Shown here piece after piece: positions 26,217 to 39,289 of a DNA stretch of 64,000 nucleotides (positions are counted from its first letter, which is position 1; each line of letters begins with the position of its first letter). The notes beneath the pieces were generated by a model, which saw nothing but the letters and a program-made list of their open reading frames with translations, had not been told where the DNA came from and did no database searches. Made by a program: the position numbers and the translations under genes. The stretch comes from Nymphaea colorata (lineage: Eukaryota), in the NCBI RefSeq assembly GCF_008831285.2, contig NC_045138.2:1302001-1366000 (forward strand), given 5' to 3'.

Positions 26217-29200
26217 TACTCATATAGACTGCAACATAAATGTGTTACACTTTAGTTTGTCAAAGTAATCATATACCCCCGGGGAAAGAAGAAAGGGGAA
26301 GTTTCTACCTCTCTTCAAATCGACAATCCAATACTCTTTGATCTCAAAATTAGATTCAGATGAGACACTGGCTTCACATTGCAACCATGCGCATATGAAC
26401 AGGTCCAGCTCTACTCGCTTCAGTCGTCCCAACTAAGTTAATTTGTGCAGCCTCAGAGCAAACTATGATCATCAAGTAGACTACAATCATTGGGCACAAT
26501 TCCTTGAGTTCTCCAGAGGTTCTGAAAAGCAATTTTTTTATGTCCTTGCATTTCTCTCGTGCAGCACACTCCTTTTTTTTTCTTCCAGTTGCCAAAGAGG
26601 CCCCGCTACAAGGAACACTAGCACAGCTGAGAAAAAGTGGTGGGGAGGGAGACGTTTGGGTCCCTTCTTTTCACTAAGATGCTTGCTAGGGTCTATGCTT
26701 GGTGCAGTGGCTAGGGGCTTGTTGAGGCTTGAGTATAGCCAGTTTCTACCACAGTATGAAATATAGGTCGTATTTTCAGGTTTTAGCATATATATACATA
26801 TATTAAAGCTGAAATCTTTCGACCATATTTTAGAACTCAGTTAGGAGAGCTGAGAGTTAAAAACTCCTTGTTCAGGACAGCGATGGCACAGCAGTGTGGC
26901 TTCTCATGAGTTTTTGGTTTTAACTTTAAGTAGATGGTTTAACTTACTATACATTTTTAACAGTATAAGGTATGCAGCTAAGGCCTCTTGGAACTGAATA
27001 GTTCTAGTGAATAGAAGACAGCTCCTTATCCCTTCCTGGCTGCATTACGTATTTGACCTCACAGCATGCATAGGCATTCCACCTACCGACCATTCTAATT
27101 GTGTGCACCACTAGTTTTCTGAATAAACCTCCGACTAATTTCCTGCAACAGAAGTCTTCTGATGGTTCACATAAATGCTTGTTTCTTTTTACTTTGATTA
27201 CTGTACATAGTTGGTTGGCTTTTGGTTCAAGAGATTGGAAAGATGATCATATTTGGTTGGTAATTACTATTATGTTTTGTCAGTAGGTTAACCATCATGA
27301 TTCATGTCTACTTTCTTTCTATATTTATCTCCGCTACAACTACTGGCCATCATCAAAGTTAACATCGACATTGCTGACAGATGCATTTTTGTTAATCATG
27401 CACGACAGTTCAATTTACAGGTTTTCATTATCAACAACATTAATGCAAAATTAATTGATGGTTTTCTGGTCAATCCTTGATATATTTCATGGTGTCCCAC
27501 TTTGCATCACTAAAATTTTTACAAACCAGTAGATTTCAAACGTTTATCGTAAGCCAAAAATTAAGAAGGCTCATCAAAGTACTTTTCAGCTTAAGATTAA
27601 GAAATCAGATTGAGATCAAGAGGAGAAGGTTCAGTGGCTGCCAAATCTTAGAAAAAAAAACACGAATCATTCATAACTCTGATAATAAGCATCCAGAATG
27701 AAATTCAGAATGAAATTTGAGAAGTCAGACCACGTACTCGGATTATCTGATTGTCATAACTCATGATTCCAATCCAAGGACGGGCTTCGATGGTGGATTC
27801 AATACATCCATATGAGTAACATGCATTTGGTAATGAAGTGGAGATCGATAGTTGCATTGGATATATACAGATATATATAACGAAAGTTACTAAGTAAGGT
27901 GGTGTTTGATAGCCTCAAGGTTTCATTAAAAGGTGTATATTATAAGATATTCAATTTAATTAGACTAAGAATTTTAGTAGTGTGGACCTCAATTTCATGT
28001 TACATATAAAAAAACTGTGGATTTAAGGTCAGTGAGGGAGAAGTAGAAGTATTGATCATTAAATCTTTAGATCTGAAATGTTGGGTGAAACAAACACACA
28101 TTAAGCATATCACATTTAAGGTGGTACCATTTTCAGATTGATACTTTTGAAACTAAATCCGAATCCAAATTTGAATATTACATCTCCATTTAGGGCCCGT
28201 TTGATTGCCGGGGGAAAAATCGTGGAGCGGGTAAAAAATGTACGGCCGCGTTAAATTTCACCCCATTGCTGTTGAGTGCATAAATGCAGAGGAATTCACC
28301 CTACAAAACTCGTACGATCGCTGTATTTTTCACTCGTTAAAAAGTCCGTGGTGAGAGCCCGAGCTCGGACTTTTTACCATGGATATTTCTCCTCTTTCCC
28401 CTCCTTCGCCTCTTCATCTCTCTTCTCTCGGTCTCTCGTTCCTCTCCTCTCGCAGCTCTATCGCTCTCTCCATCCTACCCCATTTTCTCTCATCTTTCCC
28501 CTGCATCACCTCTTCCCCTCTCCTCTCTCAGTCTCTCGTTCCTCTCCACTCTCATCCTCTCTCGCTCTCTCCATCCTTTCCCGTTTTCTCTCGTATTTCC
28601 CCTGTGCCGCTTCTTCCCCACTCCTCTCTCGGTCTCTCACCCTCTCTCTCCAGCCTATTTCATTTTCTCTCCTCTTTCCCCTCCATCACCTCTTCCCCTC
28701 TCCTCACTCGGTCTCTCATTCCTCTCCTCTTTCGCTCTCTTGTTCTGTCTTTCCTCTCCTCTTTCGCTCTCTCTTTCTTCACACGGGGGACTTCAGGCAC
28801 CATCTTCAACTAGAAATTTCTGTTCTTCCCTCTTGGCTGCTCCATTACTAAGGTATGTGTCAATTTCTCAGTCACTGGTAACAGCTATCTGTGTTTACTT
28901 CAGCTACATGTGTTTCCGTTGAATTTAACAATGATATTAGGGCTACAACATCAATCGGACATATGTGGTCATTTTTTTACTTATCTAGCTAGGAATTTCA
29001 TTGAATTTGCACATCTTTGATGACTTTGATGATTGTCATGAATGGCTGTGACTGCACCAAGAGTAACCACGAATAGGAGCACAAGAAATAAATATGTTCT
29101 AGCAACCAAGAAAAATTCAGTTACAAATCTACAGGTGTAAGGATCTTAGTCTTGTTGCAGGTAACAGAAGTTAAAAAAAAAAATCTAATAGCAGATCTTT

Positions 29201-30092
29201 AACAGATAATTCTGATTTATATACAATGAGTTTAGCGAAGGGGAAAACAATTGACACTCAGAATAGCATATCTCGACAGAGAATTCTGATTTATGCAAGA
29301 CGAGTTAAAGAGAGGAAAAAAAATTGGATACCCAGAGCTGTTGCTTGGTTCAGTGCTTGGACTGTCAGCTACGAGGTCAGGGGATCACATCTTTGTATCA
29401 TCCACTGAAAAGCCAGAAGCTTGAAAATCATCTCCTGTACAATCTTCCAAACACACTATGGGAGCACTTGACTCAGTCCTTCATGTATGCAGTATAAGAT
29501 ATTGACATGTGAATGGCTACAGCTTCTACCTTTTGCACTTCTGAATTTATAGAGGAAAATTATGATAAACTGATAGAAGTAGAGAATACAACTTACTAAG
29601 GAACTGAGTGGGAGGACTGTGTCGCATGCTGTTTTAACAGTTGTTTCGGTGTTGATGTTTCATTTCCTAAAAACTGGTGTAGTTTGGCTACAATGTGTTG
29701 GTATGTGTTTAACAAGCACATAAATGGCTAGAGAAAGGAAATATTAGTTGGTCATAGTAAAATGGATGAACATATTTATAACTTCATATATTATGATTTC
29801 TTATGTTAAAGCATCATAACATGGGAGGGCTAGTGTCCACAGTTTTATATTTCTTGAACCAATCTGAACTTATGTGCTTGTACAAGAAATTTCTGTCGAT
29901 TGATCTGATAGACCAAAGCCTGACATTGCATGATCTAGTGTTCGAAATCCATAAAGGCTGCAAATGAAGCAAGCCATTAGTGTTCTTGAATAGACTAGCT
30001 TGGGATCCCGCGTGCTTGAGAAACCATCATTGCAGAGCATATGTGCATCATTCCACAAAATCAATATCTTCAATGGTGAAACGGGTAAGTCC

Positions 30093-30797
30093 TCAGTAAA
30101 GCAAGGCTAAGGCTGTCATTGCTACCGACAAGTGTCGGGTCCCATTATGCCCCCATACCCAAAAAAGATAGGCAATACGAACATCTATGTGGTCACTTTC
30201 ATTGGTGAAAAGGGTCACTCTTACTGTACAAAGCATCATACGATGTTTAATTCTTCTTATGGCTTTTCGAGATAAAGTGGAAGACTCAACATAAGCTCCA
30301 AATTCTTCATACAAGTTTTTCAAGTTGATACTTTGGCTCTCATGGTTTTCTACTAGAGACCAAGTTTTTCGTCCGATAAAATGGGCTATAAGGTCATTTG
30401 CATTAACCTTGGTCGGGTTCATGAGGAATTGTTTCTCTAATGGTTCATTTGGGTGACAAGTTGGGGTAGGGAGGTCTAGTATTTCGGTAAATTCATCTAG
30501 TATTGTCATTTCTCCCCGTGGAAACCAAAAAGAGGAGGTCCTTGAATTCCAACGTTCGGCGATTGCATGCACCAAATGTTCATCAACTGACTGCATTCTT
30601 CCAGCTTCCACTGTCTCTAGCCCAAATTCTTCAAAGTAAGAAGGAAACATCCGAGAGAAGGTGAGATGCCAAGACTGATACCATTCAGGAGCCAAAGGTT
30701 TAGACTCAAGAGAGATGTACGTAGACCATTCAGGTCCTTCCCCGAAGAGGATATGATCATATGGGAATGTGACGCCACGTTGGAAAGAATACATCAT
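30093..30797 (-). CDS. Plant mobile domain (PMD / aminotransferase-like, MAIN/MAIL-type) protein, probably retrotransposon-borne and truncated
   Basis: DEHLVHAIAERWNSRTSSFWFPRGEMTILDEFTEILDLP matches the PMD motif DxxLIxALxERWxxxTxxFxxxxGExTxTLxD. Confidence 0.8.
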   Translation of the reverse strand: MMYSFQRGVTFPYDHILFGEGPEWSTYISLESKPLAPEWYQSWHLTFSRMFPSYFEEFGLETVEAGRMQSVDEHLVHAIAERWNSRTSSFWFPRGEMTILDEFTEILDLPTPTCHPNEPLEKQFLMNPTKVNANDLIAHFIGRKTWSLVENHESQSINLKNLYEEFGAYVESSTLSRKAIRRIKHRMMLCTVRVTLFTNESDHIDVRIAYLFWVWGHNGTRHLSVAMTALALLY

Positions 30798-31594
30798 GAA
30801 GGATGACTCTAAAGGACAAAGATTGAATTAGAGAAAAGATTGACTAGGTTGACCAAGACAACATAAAGTAGAGATATGCAATGAGGTTGTGAAACATCAC
30901 ACAAGGTTTTATGCACATCCATATGTCATTTGAAATAATTTTTGTAGAAAAATTGGTATAGGAACCTAATTGTGATAATTTTGTGTCACGATAATCCAAT
31001 GTCAAGTTATATTTATATACTTTAGCTAAATGACTTAGTACTAGCATAGATTCTTTCTAAGGCAACTAAGGGTAAGGTTCATCAACTTCTACTTGATCGC
31101 TCGTCGATATACCATAAATTACCACTCATGGTACTAACGAGGGGGCTTTCCTGCCCAATGTGTGGTCTAGTTGCAAAGCTTAGTCTTGTGCTACCGCTAA
31201 AGACCAAGCCCGACAACATGATGACCGGGATAAATAGGTATGAGAAATTTTGAAATATGAGCAATCATGTAAAATGAGTTGTCTCTAATGCAATGCTGCC
31301 TATGATGTTGATTAAAATAAATAGAAGAGCGAACATTGTTTTCAAACAACTCTTAAATTGAGGAGGGTTGTATTTGATCATAGATCTATGTGAACAAGCT
31401 TGATCCTCCTTAATAGTCTTATATGCAAGAAAGTAAATACAATCACCAAGAAATGTAATGAAATGTCGATGGGGTCAAGGCCAAAGTTGCGAACATGCTT
31501 TATCATCGGCAATGTATGAGATGTTCAAGTTTATGAAATTTGCATCAATTATAATCATAGTCAAACAATGACGGGTCCCATCATGGTCGTCATC

Positions 31595-34500
31595 TGTTTG
31601 CATCTCAAAATTTTTTTGGTTTTAAAGTGCTTCCAGAAAAATGAGGTTTTGTTTCGAAATAGGAAAGAAATGGACTCGCCCATCAGTACGAGGATCAACC
31701 GTTCTCGGCGCTTTTACCGGGGGTAATCAATCCAAGAGCTATGTTTATTACTGATGCATTTTGTTTAATTTAAACATCTTTTTTATCCTATATGTGGTGT
31801 AAAAAAATATTAAAAGTTTGATGTTTCAAACTTTTGAAAAGGTTTTTGAAGAGTTGCTTGAGAATGTGAAATGTTTTGAGAAAGCTAGAAGGAAATCCTT
31901 GTGAATATCATTGGAAAGCTTGAAAAATCATTTTGAAATCATTTTAGTGTTCTCTTAAGACTTTAAGTAAGTTTGAGATTTTGCTCTAATTCGGTTACCA
32001 CCTAGTTAGAGCTCCATCTCATCTTGCTTAAGTTGTTTCGGAGAGGTGCTTGTGATCATAAGTAAAATAAAGTGGGTGAGAATGGATGAATGTATTAATC
32101 CTATATGATTGAAAGAATGTAAAATGTTACTACCACAATATTCATCTAAAGTCATTCCTACCACAACATACATCTAAAATTTTTGTTGTTATAATTATTG
32201 TATATAAGAAGGAAAAAGTTTTGAAAAGGAATTGAGAATGTAGACCATTAAGCATGATTCCAATGTTGAGTCATTACTTGGTTTGTGGTTTAATGAAATT
32301 GGTAAATAAAAATATAAGAATGTTAAAAAGAATACAAGAGATAAAACACTCTTATGAAAAGAAAGAGAGAGAGATAGAGAAAGACATGCATATATGTATA
32401 CATACCATCACATATACACATATATGAAAGCTTAAGAGGAAAAGATGTATTGATTTGAAGAGAAAGAGAGGATTTAGAGGAAAAAAAAAATATGCATACG
32501 TATATATGGGTATGTATAAGAAATTTTATAAGAGAAGATATTTGTATTGAAAAGAAAAATAAATATTTGAAAGAGAGGAAATAGAAGACATGTACATACG
32601 TATTCATGTACATATAAAAATTAATAAAATGGAAAGTGAAAGCATAGAGAGAGAAAGATGGAGGGATCATCATGTTGGCATAGATGCATATAACATGTAT
32701 ATACATCCATGTTTACACAAGATTAAAAATTATGGAATAACTTAAAATTACTAACTTCAAGTTTAATGTGGGCCGGAGGGGAGCTCGGACTCATGCAAGA
32801 GTCTAAGCTAAGTTCCTATAGCCATATTAGAAGGTTTCTTTTGAAAATGTTTTGGAAAATACGGTTTATATATATAAATATAAAATGTTATTACTTAGTT
32901 TGTTACAAGGGACATATTTCTTTCACCATTGGGTATGAAAGAAAAAAAGCAATATAACGAGGCATTCGTTAGGGTTCCTAATTGGATGATTAAGAAGGAA
33001 ACTACACGTAATGACATGAAGATGCATTTTTAACATATACATATTCGTGAGAGCTTTCCCAGGTTGGACAAGTCCCAACTTCAAAATTCAACATGAAAAT
33101 AAAGAGTTCCCAAACTACACTCTCATTTCCACCATACATTCACATGTAAATGAAAAACCAAGCAACTATGCATGGATAATATATAGACAATTATTCAAGG
33201 AAAGAAAGAGAGGAGAGAGAGAGAGAGAGAGGTTGATGGAAAGAGAAAAGTTCAACCAGGAGGGAGGTTATGATCTAACTACGAAATGATATAACATCTC
33301 ATCTTTCCATGCTCCCAGTGCACTTGAGCATAGCCTCTTGTCTCTAAAAGAGGTTGAGTGCTATCTCTTTTAGCCATGTGGAGATGAAAATGAGAAAAAA
33401 TGAAAAAAAAAATAATGCTATATTCAATAAAGAGAAAACATGATTTAATCATGAAATGAAAGATCATCTTATCTTTCTATGCTCCCGGTGCACCTGAGCA
33501 TAGCCTCTTGTTTCTAAAAAGAGGTTACGTACTATCTCCTTTGGTCATGGGGACATGAAGATGAAAGAAAATGAAGAAAGAAATAATGCTATATTCAATA
33601 AAGAGAAAACATGATCTAATCATGAAATGAAAGATCATTTCATCTTTCTATGCTCTCGATGCACTTGAGCATAGCCTCTTGTCTGTAAAAAGAGATTGAG
33701 TGCTATCTTCTTTGGCCATGGAAAGATGAAGATGAGAGAAAAATAGGAGGAAGCAAAACAAGTCTATATTCAAGAAAGGAAAGGACAACAACAACAAGAT
33801 TATATTTGAAAAAATGAATAACATGATTTAATTATAAAGTGAAACATTATCTCATCATCTTATGCTCCTGGTGCTCTCAAGTATAGCCTCTTGACTCTGA
33901 AATAGAGAGTGAGAGTTATCTCATATAGCCATGGGGAGTTGAAAAAGAAATGAAAAAATAAAGAATTGAGTGAGGTTTGGATTACATACCTCTAAATGAG
34001 AAAGATTTAGAGAAAATGAACAGCTTAGCTTGAATATCCCCTTGAATGAAGCTCCATGATGATGCCTCCAAGAGAGTTATAGTCTTTTTCAAGTTGGAGA
34101 AGAAAAGAGAGAGAGAGAGAAAGACAAAAACCCTAAGTCTTTAAGTGAGAAATACTCTAGGGTTTTTCACGAGGACCACTCTTACAAGAGGGGTGGGGGG
34201 GGGGGTTAGGGAGGGTGGGGGGTATTTATAGATATTTTGGGGGCAGAGGGTGGGGGGTACTTATAGATATTTTGGAGCCAAGAAACCAAAATTTGAATTT
34301 TTTTGAATTTCATAACATTTTCATTCGAATATTACATAATTTTGAATAATTTTAAAAAAGAAATGATTTAAAATGAGTATTTACAGGCCATTAGCCCTCT
34401 AAAAACATTTTCAAAAGTGGGCTGGGCTTTTGCCCACCCAAAAGACCAAAACCACCCCCCTATAGGGCAGTTTTTTGTTAAAAAGGAAGGGTGAAAGGGG

Positions 34501-35104
34501 AAGACGACAGCGCCTGGACGCACAGCGTCGGGCGCTATCGCACGCGAGGCACCGTTGCCCGACCACGCGGTTGGGCGACGAAAGCGCATCGCGCGACTGC
34601 GACAACCCGCTCACGCACGGTCGCATGACGCGGTATCGTGCAATCGCGCGGGCGTCACTCTTTCGCGTGCACTGTCGCGCGACTGCGGGTCGCAAGACGC
34701 GCAAAAAACGTGATTTTTTTTAATTTTAAATCAAATAAAATTTAATAAATTGAAATAATTTTTTTTACATACATAAAAAAACATTTTTTAAATTAAAATG
34801 TTTAAAATAAGAGTTTTGTTAAAAATGAGCACTCAACCCCGCTTCGAGTCGCTCCAGACTCGTTTTAAATTCAATTTAGGTTCAGTCGCTCGCCAAAGGA
34901 AATCAAAGGAAAATTTAAAAACATATTTTGGTGTGAGAATGGGAGCTTAAAACAATGCAAAGGTCTGTGCATGCACGATGCTCAAATTTTGTCGTTTCGA
35001 ACGCGATTCGAATTTTGGGTCTAAAATGCCCTGTTTGGATCCAAACTTGGGTTTTGGATATAATTTGGACCTTCAAAAATTTTGAAAAAATTTGGGGTGA
35101 TTAC
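31595..35104 (+). mobile_element. Probable long LTR of a Ty3/Gypsy (Ogre/Tat-like) element
   Basis: Ends AAATTTGGGGTGATTACA. The start TGTTTGCATCTCAAAATTTT loosely mirrors it. GGACTCGCCA lies near the start; internal tandem repeats and a CG-rich block are present; an antisense PMD ORF lies upstream. No second LTR is seen and the left boundary is uncertain. Confidence 0.55.
33290..33950 (+). repeat. Tandem repeat, ~170-bp unit x4
   Basis: ATCTTTCYATGCTCCC..TGCACTTGAGCATAGCCTCTTG recurs at ~33301, 33471, 33642 and, diverged, ~33855. Confidence 0.9.
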
Positions 35105-36323
35105 ATTGTCCAAATCCAAACATGTCAAACTTGATCTATAGTTTTCTAGTTACATGTATGGGTTTAATTCCAAGTCAAATTAGACAAATTTGAAGTTAAT
35201 TAGACTTTGCAACAAGTCCATATTTGGTCAGGACCCTATCCCCTTACTTGGACCTATATTTGGATTTAATTTCAAATTCTCATAAAAAAGTTAAGCAGAT
35301 GTAGCTCAAGAGCCCATGCCAGCTCTAGCATCAAGGAGTATAGTGTAGCTAACCAGGGTAAGGATATGTGATTAGACATGTCTATAGTTTGACTTTCATA
35401 AACACTATATTTCTGTATTATGGACCCTAAGTTGAAAGGTACGCTGTTGTCATTATTGATACTTTGTCAGGGAGGAGGTAAAAATTTTTCATGAGGGGGG
35501 CATAATTAAAGTTTTTAAATTTTAACTAAGGCCCAAATATCATTTTTCAAAACTTTTATATAAACAAGTAAAATTTTCTAAAATTTACATGTAATTTTTT
35601 TTTTTTTTTTGAGGTGGGGCCAGGGCCCAAGCGTACCCTACCTTGGCTCTGCCGTTTCTCTCTGCGGTGAGTCATAATCTTCTTGCCAAATAACAAAACA
35701 GTAACACTTTAAATTGCAATTTTTGAGTTGGCCAATATGTAAACATAATGAGCAAATAATATGAAATAAACATTCATGTGAGACTGGTGTATGCAATTAT
35801 CTGCTATGTGAAACCAATTATATGCATATGAAAAAGGAACAACAATATATTAAGCAGAAATTTAACATATATCTGAACTCCCATTCTAACCTCTACAGAT
35901 ATATCCCGTGACTCTTTAAATTGACAGTTAGTGGATCAGCAGATCTGGATCTTATTGTATGGACATGAAATTTACAAAAATTCAGTTATGTAGATCAGGA
36001 TCTTGCTACATTTTACTTTATGCCTTAAATAGGTACAAGAGTCTGGACAAAATAACAAAAAAATGATTCAATAACATTGTTCTTAAGTTAATTATTTTTT
36101 GAATTTGATGTTTTTTTTATAAGACATAAAATTGAACAGCTCATATAACATCAAAATTTTAATTATGGAGTAATCCTGATTTTTCGTAAAAAAACAAGTT
36201 TTACATCAAATTAGTTTTTTATAAACATATTAGGATGTTTTTATTTTGTTTAAAATATCTTTTAAGCAAAAATTTAAAGGGTCTCATTTTTATCTCTGAT
36301 CTATAGGTCTGTTTCTACCAATT

Positions 36324-36414
<91 letters not shown>

Positions 36415-36423
36415 GTGTGTGTG

Positions 36424-36796
36424 TGAAAAATTGGTAGAAACCAGAACTATAGGTCAGAGACAAGTCAAACCCTTTAAACATGATATTTAAAGTTTTTTTT
36501 AAGATCTAACCTTGTGAATATGATATTGAGGATATGTTGATGCAAAATATATATTAAGTTGATCATTTTTTAAGTTTTTATAGTAAGAAAAAATGAATGG
36601 CTCTCATAACATCAACATTTTGAGAATAGAAAAATCAACATTTTTGATAAAAGCAACTTGTTTCAAAGCATATTCTATATCAAAAGAGTTTTTATATATA
36701 TACTAAAATGTTTATATTTTATTTAAAATATTTTTTTATCAAAAAGATTAAAAAGTTCTAGTTTTCGTCTGTAACTTAATTGTCTGGTTTCTACCA

Positions 36797-36800
<4 letters not shown>
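36424..36800. mobile_element. Microsatellite-embedded MITE
   Basis: TIRs AATTGGTAGAAACCAGA ... TCTGGTTTCTACCAAATT, flanked by (TA)n(TG)n and (CT)n(TA)n. A related end lies at 36290-36328. Confidence 0.75.
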
Positions 36801-36883
<83 letters not shown>

Positions 36884-37992
36884 TATAGATATATATATAT
36901 ATATTCTCGTGTATGGGATATTATATTGGCTTCCAATTATAGTCTCAAGGGTTCAGATTTATGGTGACAGTTTGTAACTTGAGCTTCAATAGTTGGAGTC
37001 GTTGTTGATGCCAATGTAGCACATGAGTCCAAAGACAATGTGAATTGTTGCGGTGGGGAAAGGGGTGGGGGTGCTTCACATCTTTTTTTTTTTTTTTTTT
37101 TTTTGATTGGTGGCTTGTTAACCTCTCAGTCACCAGAAATTTTAATGACAAATAAATACTTTTTAATTGGTTTCTCATTTTATCCAAATTCCATTTGTGG
37201 TAGATCTCTATGTTAATGTTATGTTGTTAACACGGAAACAGTTGGAGCCCACCGTTTAATCGAAAGAGTATTTTTCTTTTCTACATTTTGTATGAGATTT
37301 TTTTTTTTAAGATTGTAGTTTTCCCTTATAGAGGAAGTGTCTTGTATTTATTCCAATAATTGTATTTTAGTTATTTCTAAATCATAACACATGATCCCTT
37401 TAGGGTCATAATATATAACCGAACTTACTTCTTAATATTACAAATATATCATAAAAATAAAAATATCTAAAGATAAAAAGTGTGCAAAGTATACAGAACC
37501 CATGTTGAGGTGCCTTACTCACTGTCAGTGTTTATGTTCTTTTTTTTTCTCTTATGATGTGTTTGTTTCACAAATTATCGGTGATCTGAGATTCATGGAT
37601 TCAAAGTCGCACTCTCCCTTCATCTAATCTTTAATCCATGGTTTTTAACATGTAGCATCGATTTTAGATCCATATTAATGAGATCCTCCGAACCTTTTAG
37701 ATCCCTTATCAAGGAAGCACACTAGGTGAAGTCCACCAATTAAATAATCAAATGACTGATTTCAAATCCATGCCACATCTAAGAACAATCATGGATATGC
37801 GGTCCGAAAGGGTAAGGAATTCGGACTATAGATCTGCAAATTTGATATCCTCAGTTATTAGAGATTATCATAGATCTTAGATACAGAGCAAGCCTGCAAG
37901 CATACCTTAAAGAAATTTGGATTTGCGTACCAGTTGGAATTACTTCTCTTATGTCTCGTATCCTAATCTGAATTTGAGTTTTGATGAATTGG

Positions 37993-38077
<85 letters not shown>

Positions 38078-39289
38078 ACTTCATAAGTTCTCAAAAGTTT
38101 TGAATATCACTTCGTTTGGAAGACAAGGCACTTTAGATCTGTTTCTACACGATCGTCTAAGTGGGTCGAGGCCGACAAAAAAGTTTGTATTATTTTATGA
38201 AGGAAAGCATACAACGTGTTTGAGTCTACTCCATATTGTTGCGTATTTGAGATAATTCATCGAAAAAATTTATCTTTCTTTGGATGAGTAAGGAGAGTAT
38301 TTTATCCTACCGCCCAGTTAGAGGGACGAGACTCCCATCTTTCCCTTCATCCCTCGAAGTGTCATATTTGCTTTCAGTGCTTTAAAGTGATGTCTCTGTT
38401 ATGTTTTAACTTACATATTAGTACTCCTCCATCACAATACTAGAAATTGACATTTTCAGGTTCAAAACAAAGAATGTACGACAGAATAACAAAATAATTT
38501 GGTTTATATACTGTTTATATTGGCAGCTTGCTTATGCAATATGAACCCCTAGCTGGTCGGCAGCTGGTCACGTGTTAAAGTGACATGAGCACTAGACCCT
38601 TTGTGCCAATGATGTGGAGTACTGTGCTAAGTAGTCGACAACATGGGTTACATTGTAGTGGTAGAGCCACATATAGTTAGCGGTGGGTAGTTTCCCACAC
38701 TAGCCTTGTATTTTTTTTTTTTGGCATTGATACATCTCATTTTTGCACATTAATATATAAATGTGCTCCTAAAGATTTGAGTGCCTAAATTTCTTGGCTC
38801 GAACTCGGCTTGCGTGTCTTGAAAGAAACTCAAACTCCACTCAAGCTCGACTCGAGTTTTACTCGAATTTGATTTCATTAGCTCGAAGTCTACTATGCTC
38901 GAGTTCTTAAAACTCGAACTCGGCTTGATTAAGCTCGAGCCGAAGATTGGCTTTGAGCCGAGCCAAGCATTTCATTAATTTTGTTTTTTTTTAAAGGAAG
39001 AGGTATCACATGACTTGAAAATACTCAATTCAAAACCATATATATATATATATATATATAGAAAGAGGGAGAGAGTGAGTGAGTGAATGATGATAACAAG
39101 GGCAGTTTGTTTGAAACGTATAGTTATTGAGAGAAAAATAGGAAGAAAAAAATTTAAAATAATATTAGATGACCAAAATATCTACAATCTTTTTTTTTAT
39201 TTCTTTTAGCCGTCCATCGTGTTAGGTGTGTGCATCATAACGTTTGAGTTGCTTTTCACAAACATAATTATATAAATAAGTAAACGGCA

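Noticed and set aside
28276..28851. 191-aa Ser/Leu/Pro-rich ORF
   Set aside because: It arises from a CT-rich low-complexity tract following a Tourist-like terminus at ~28192.
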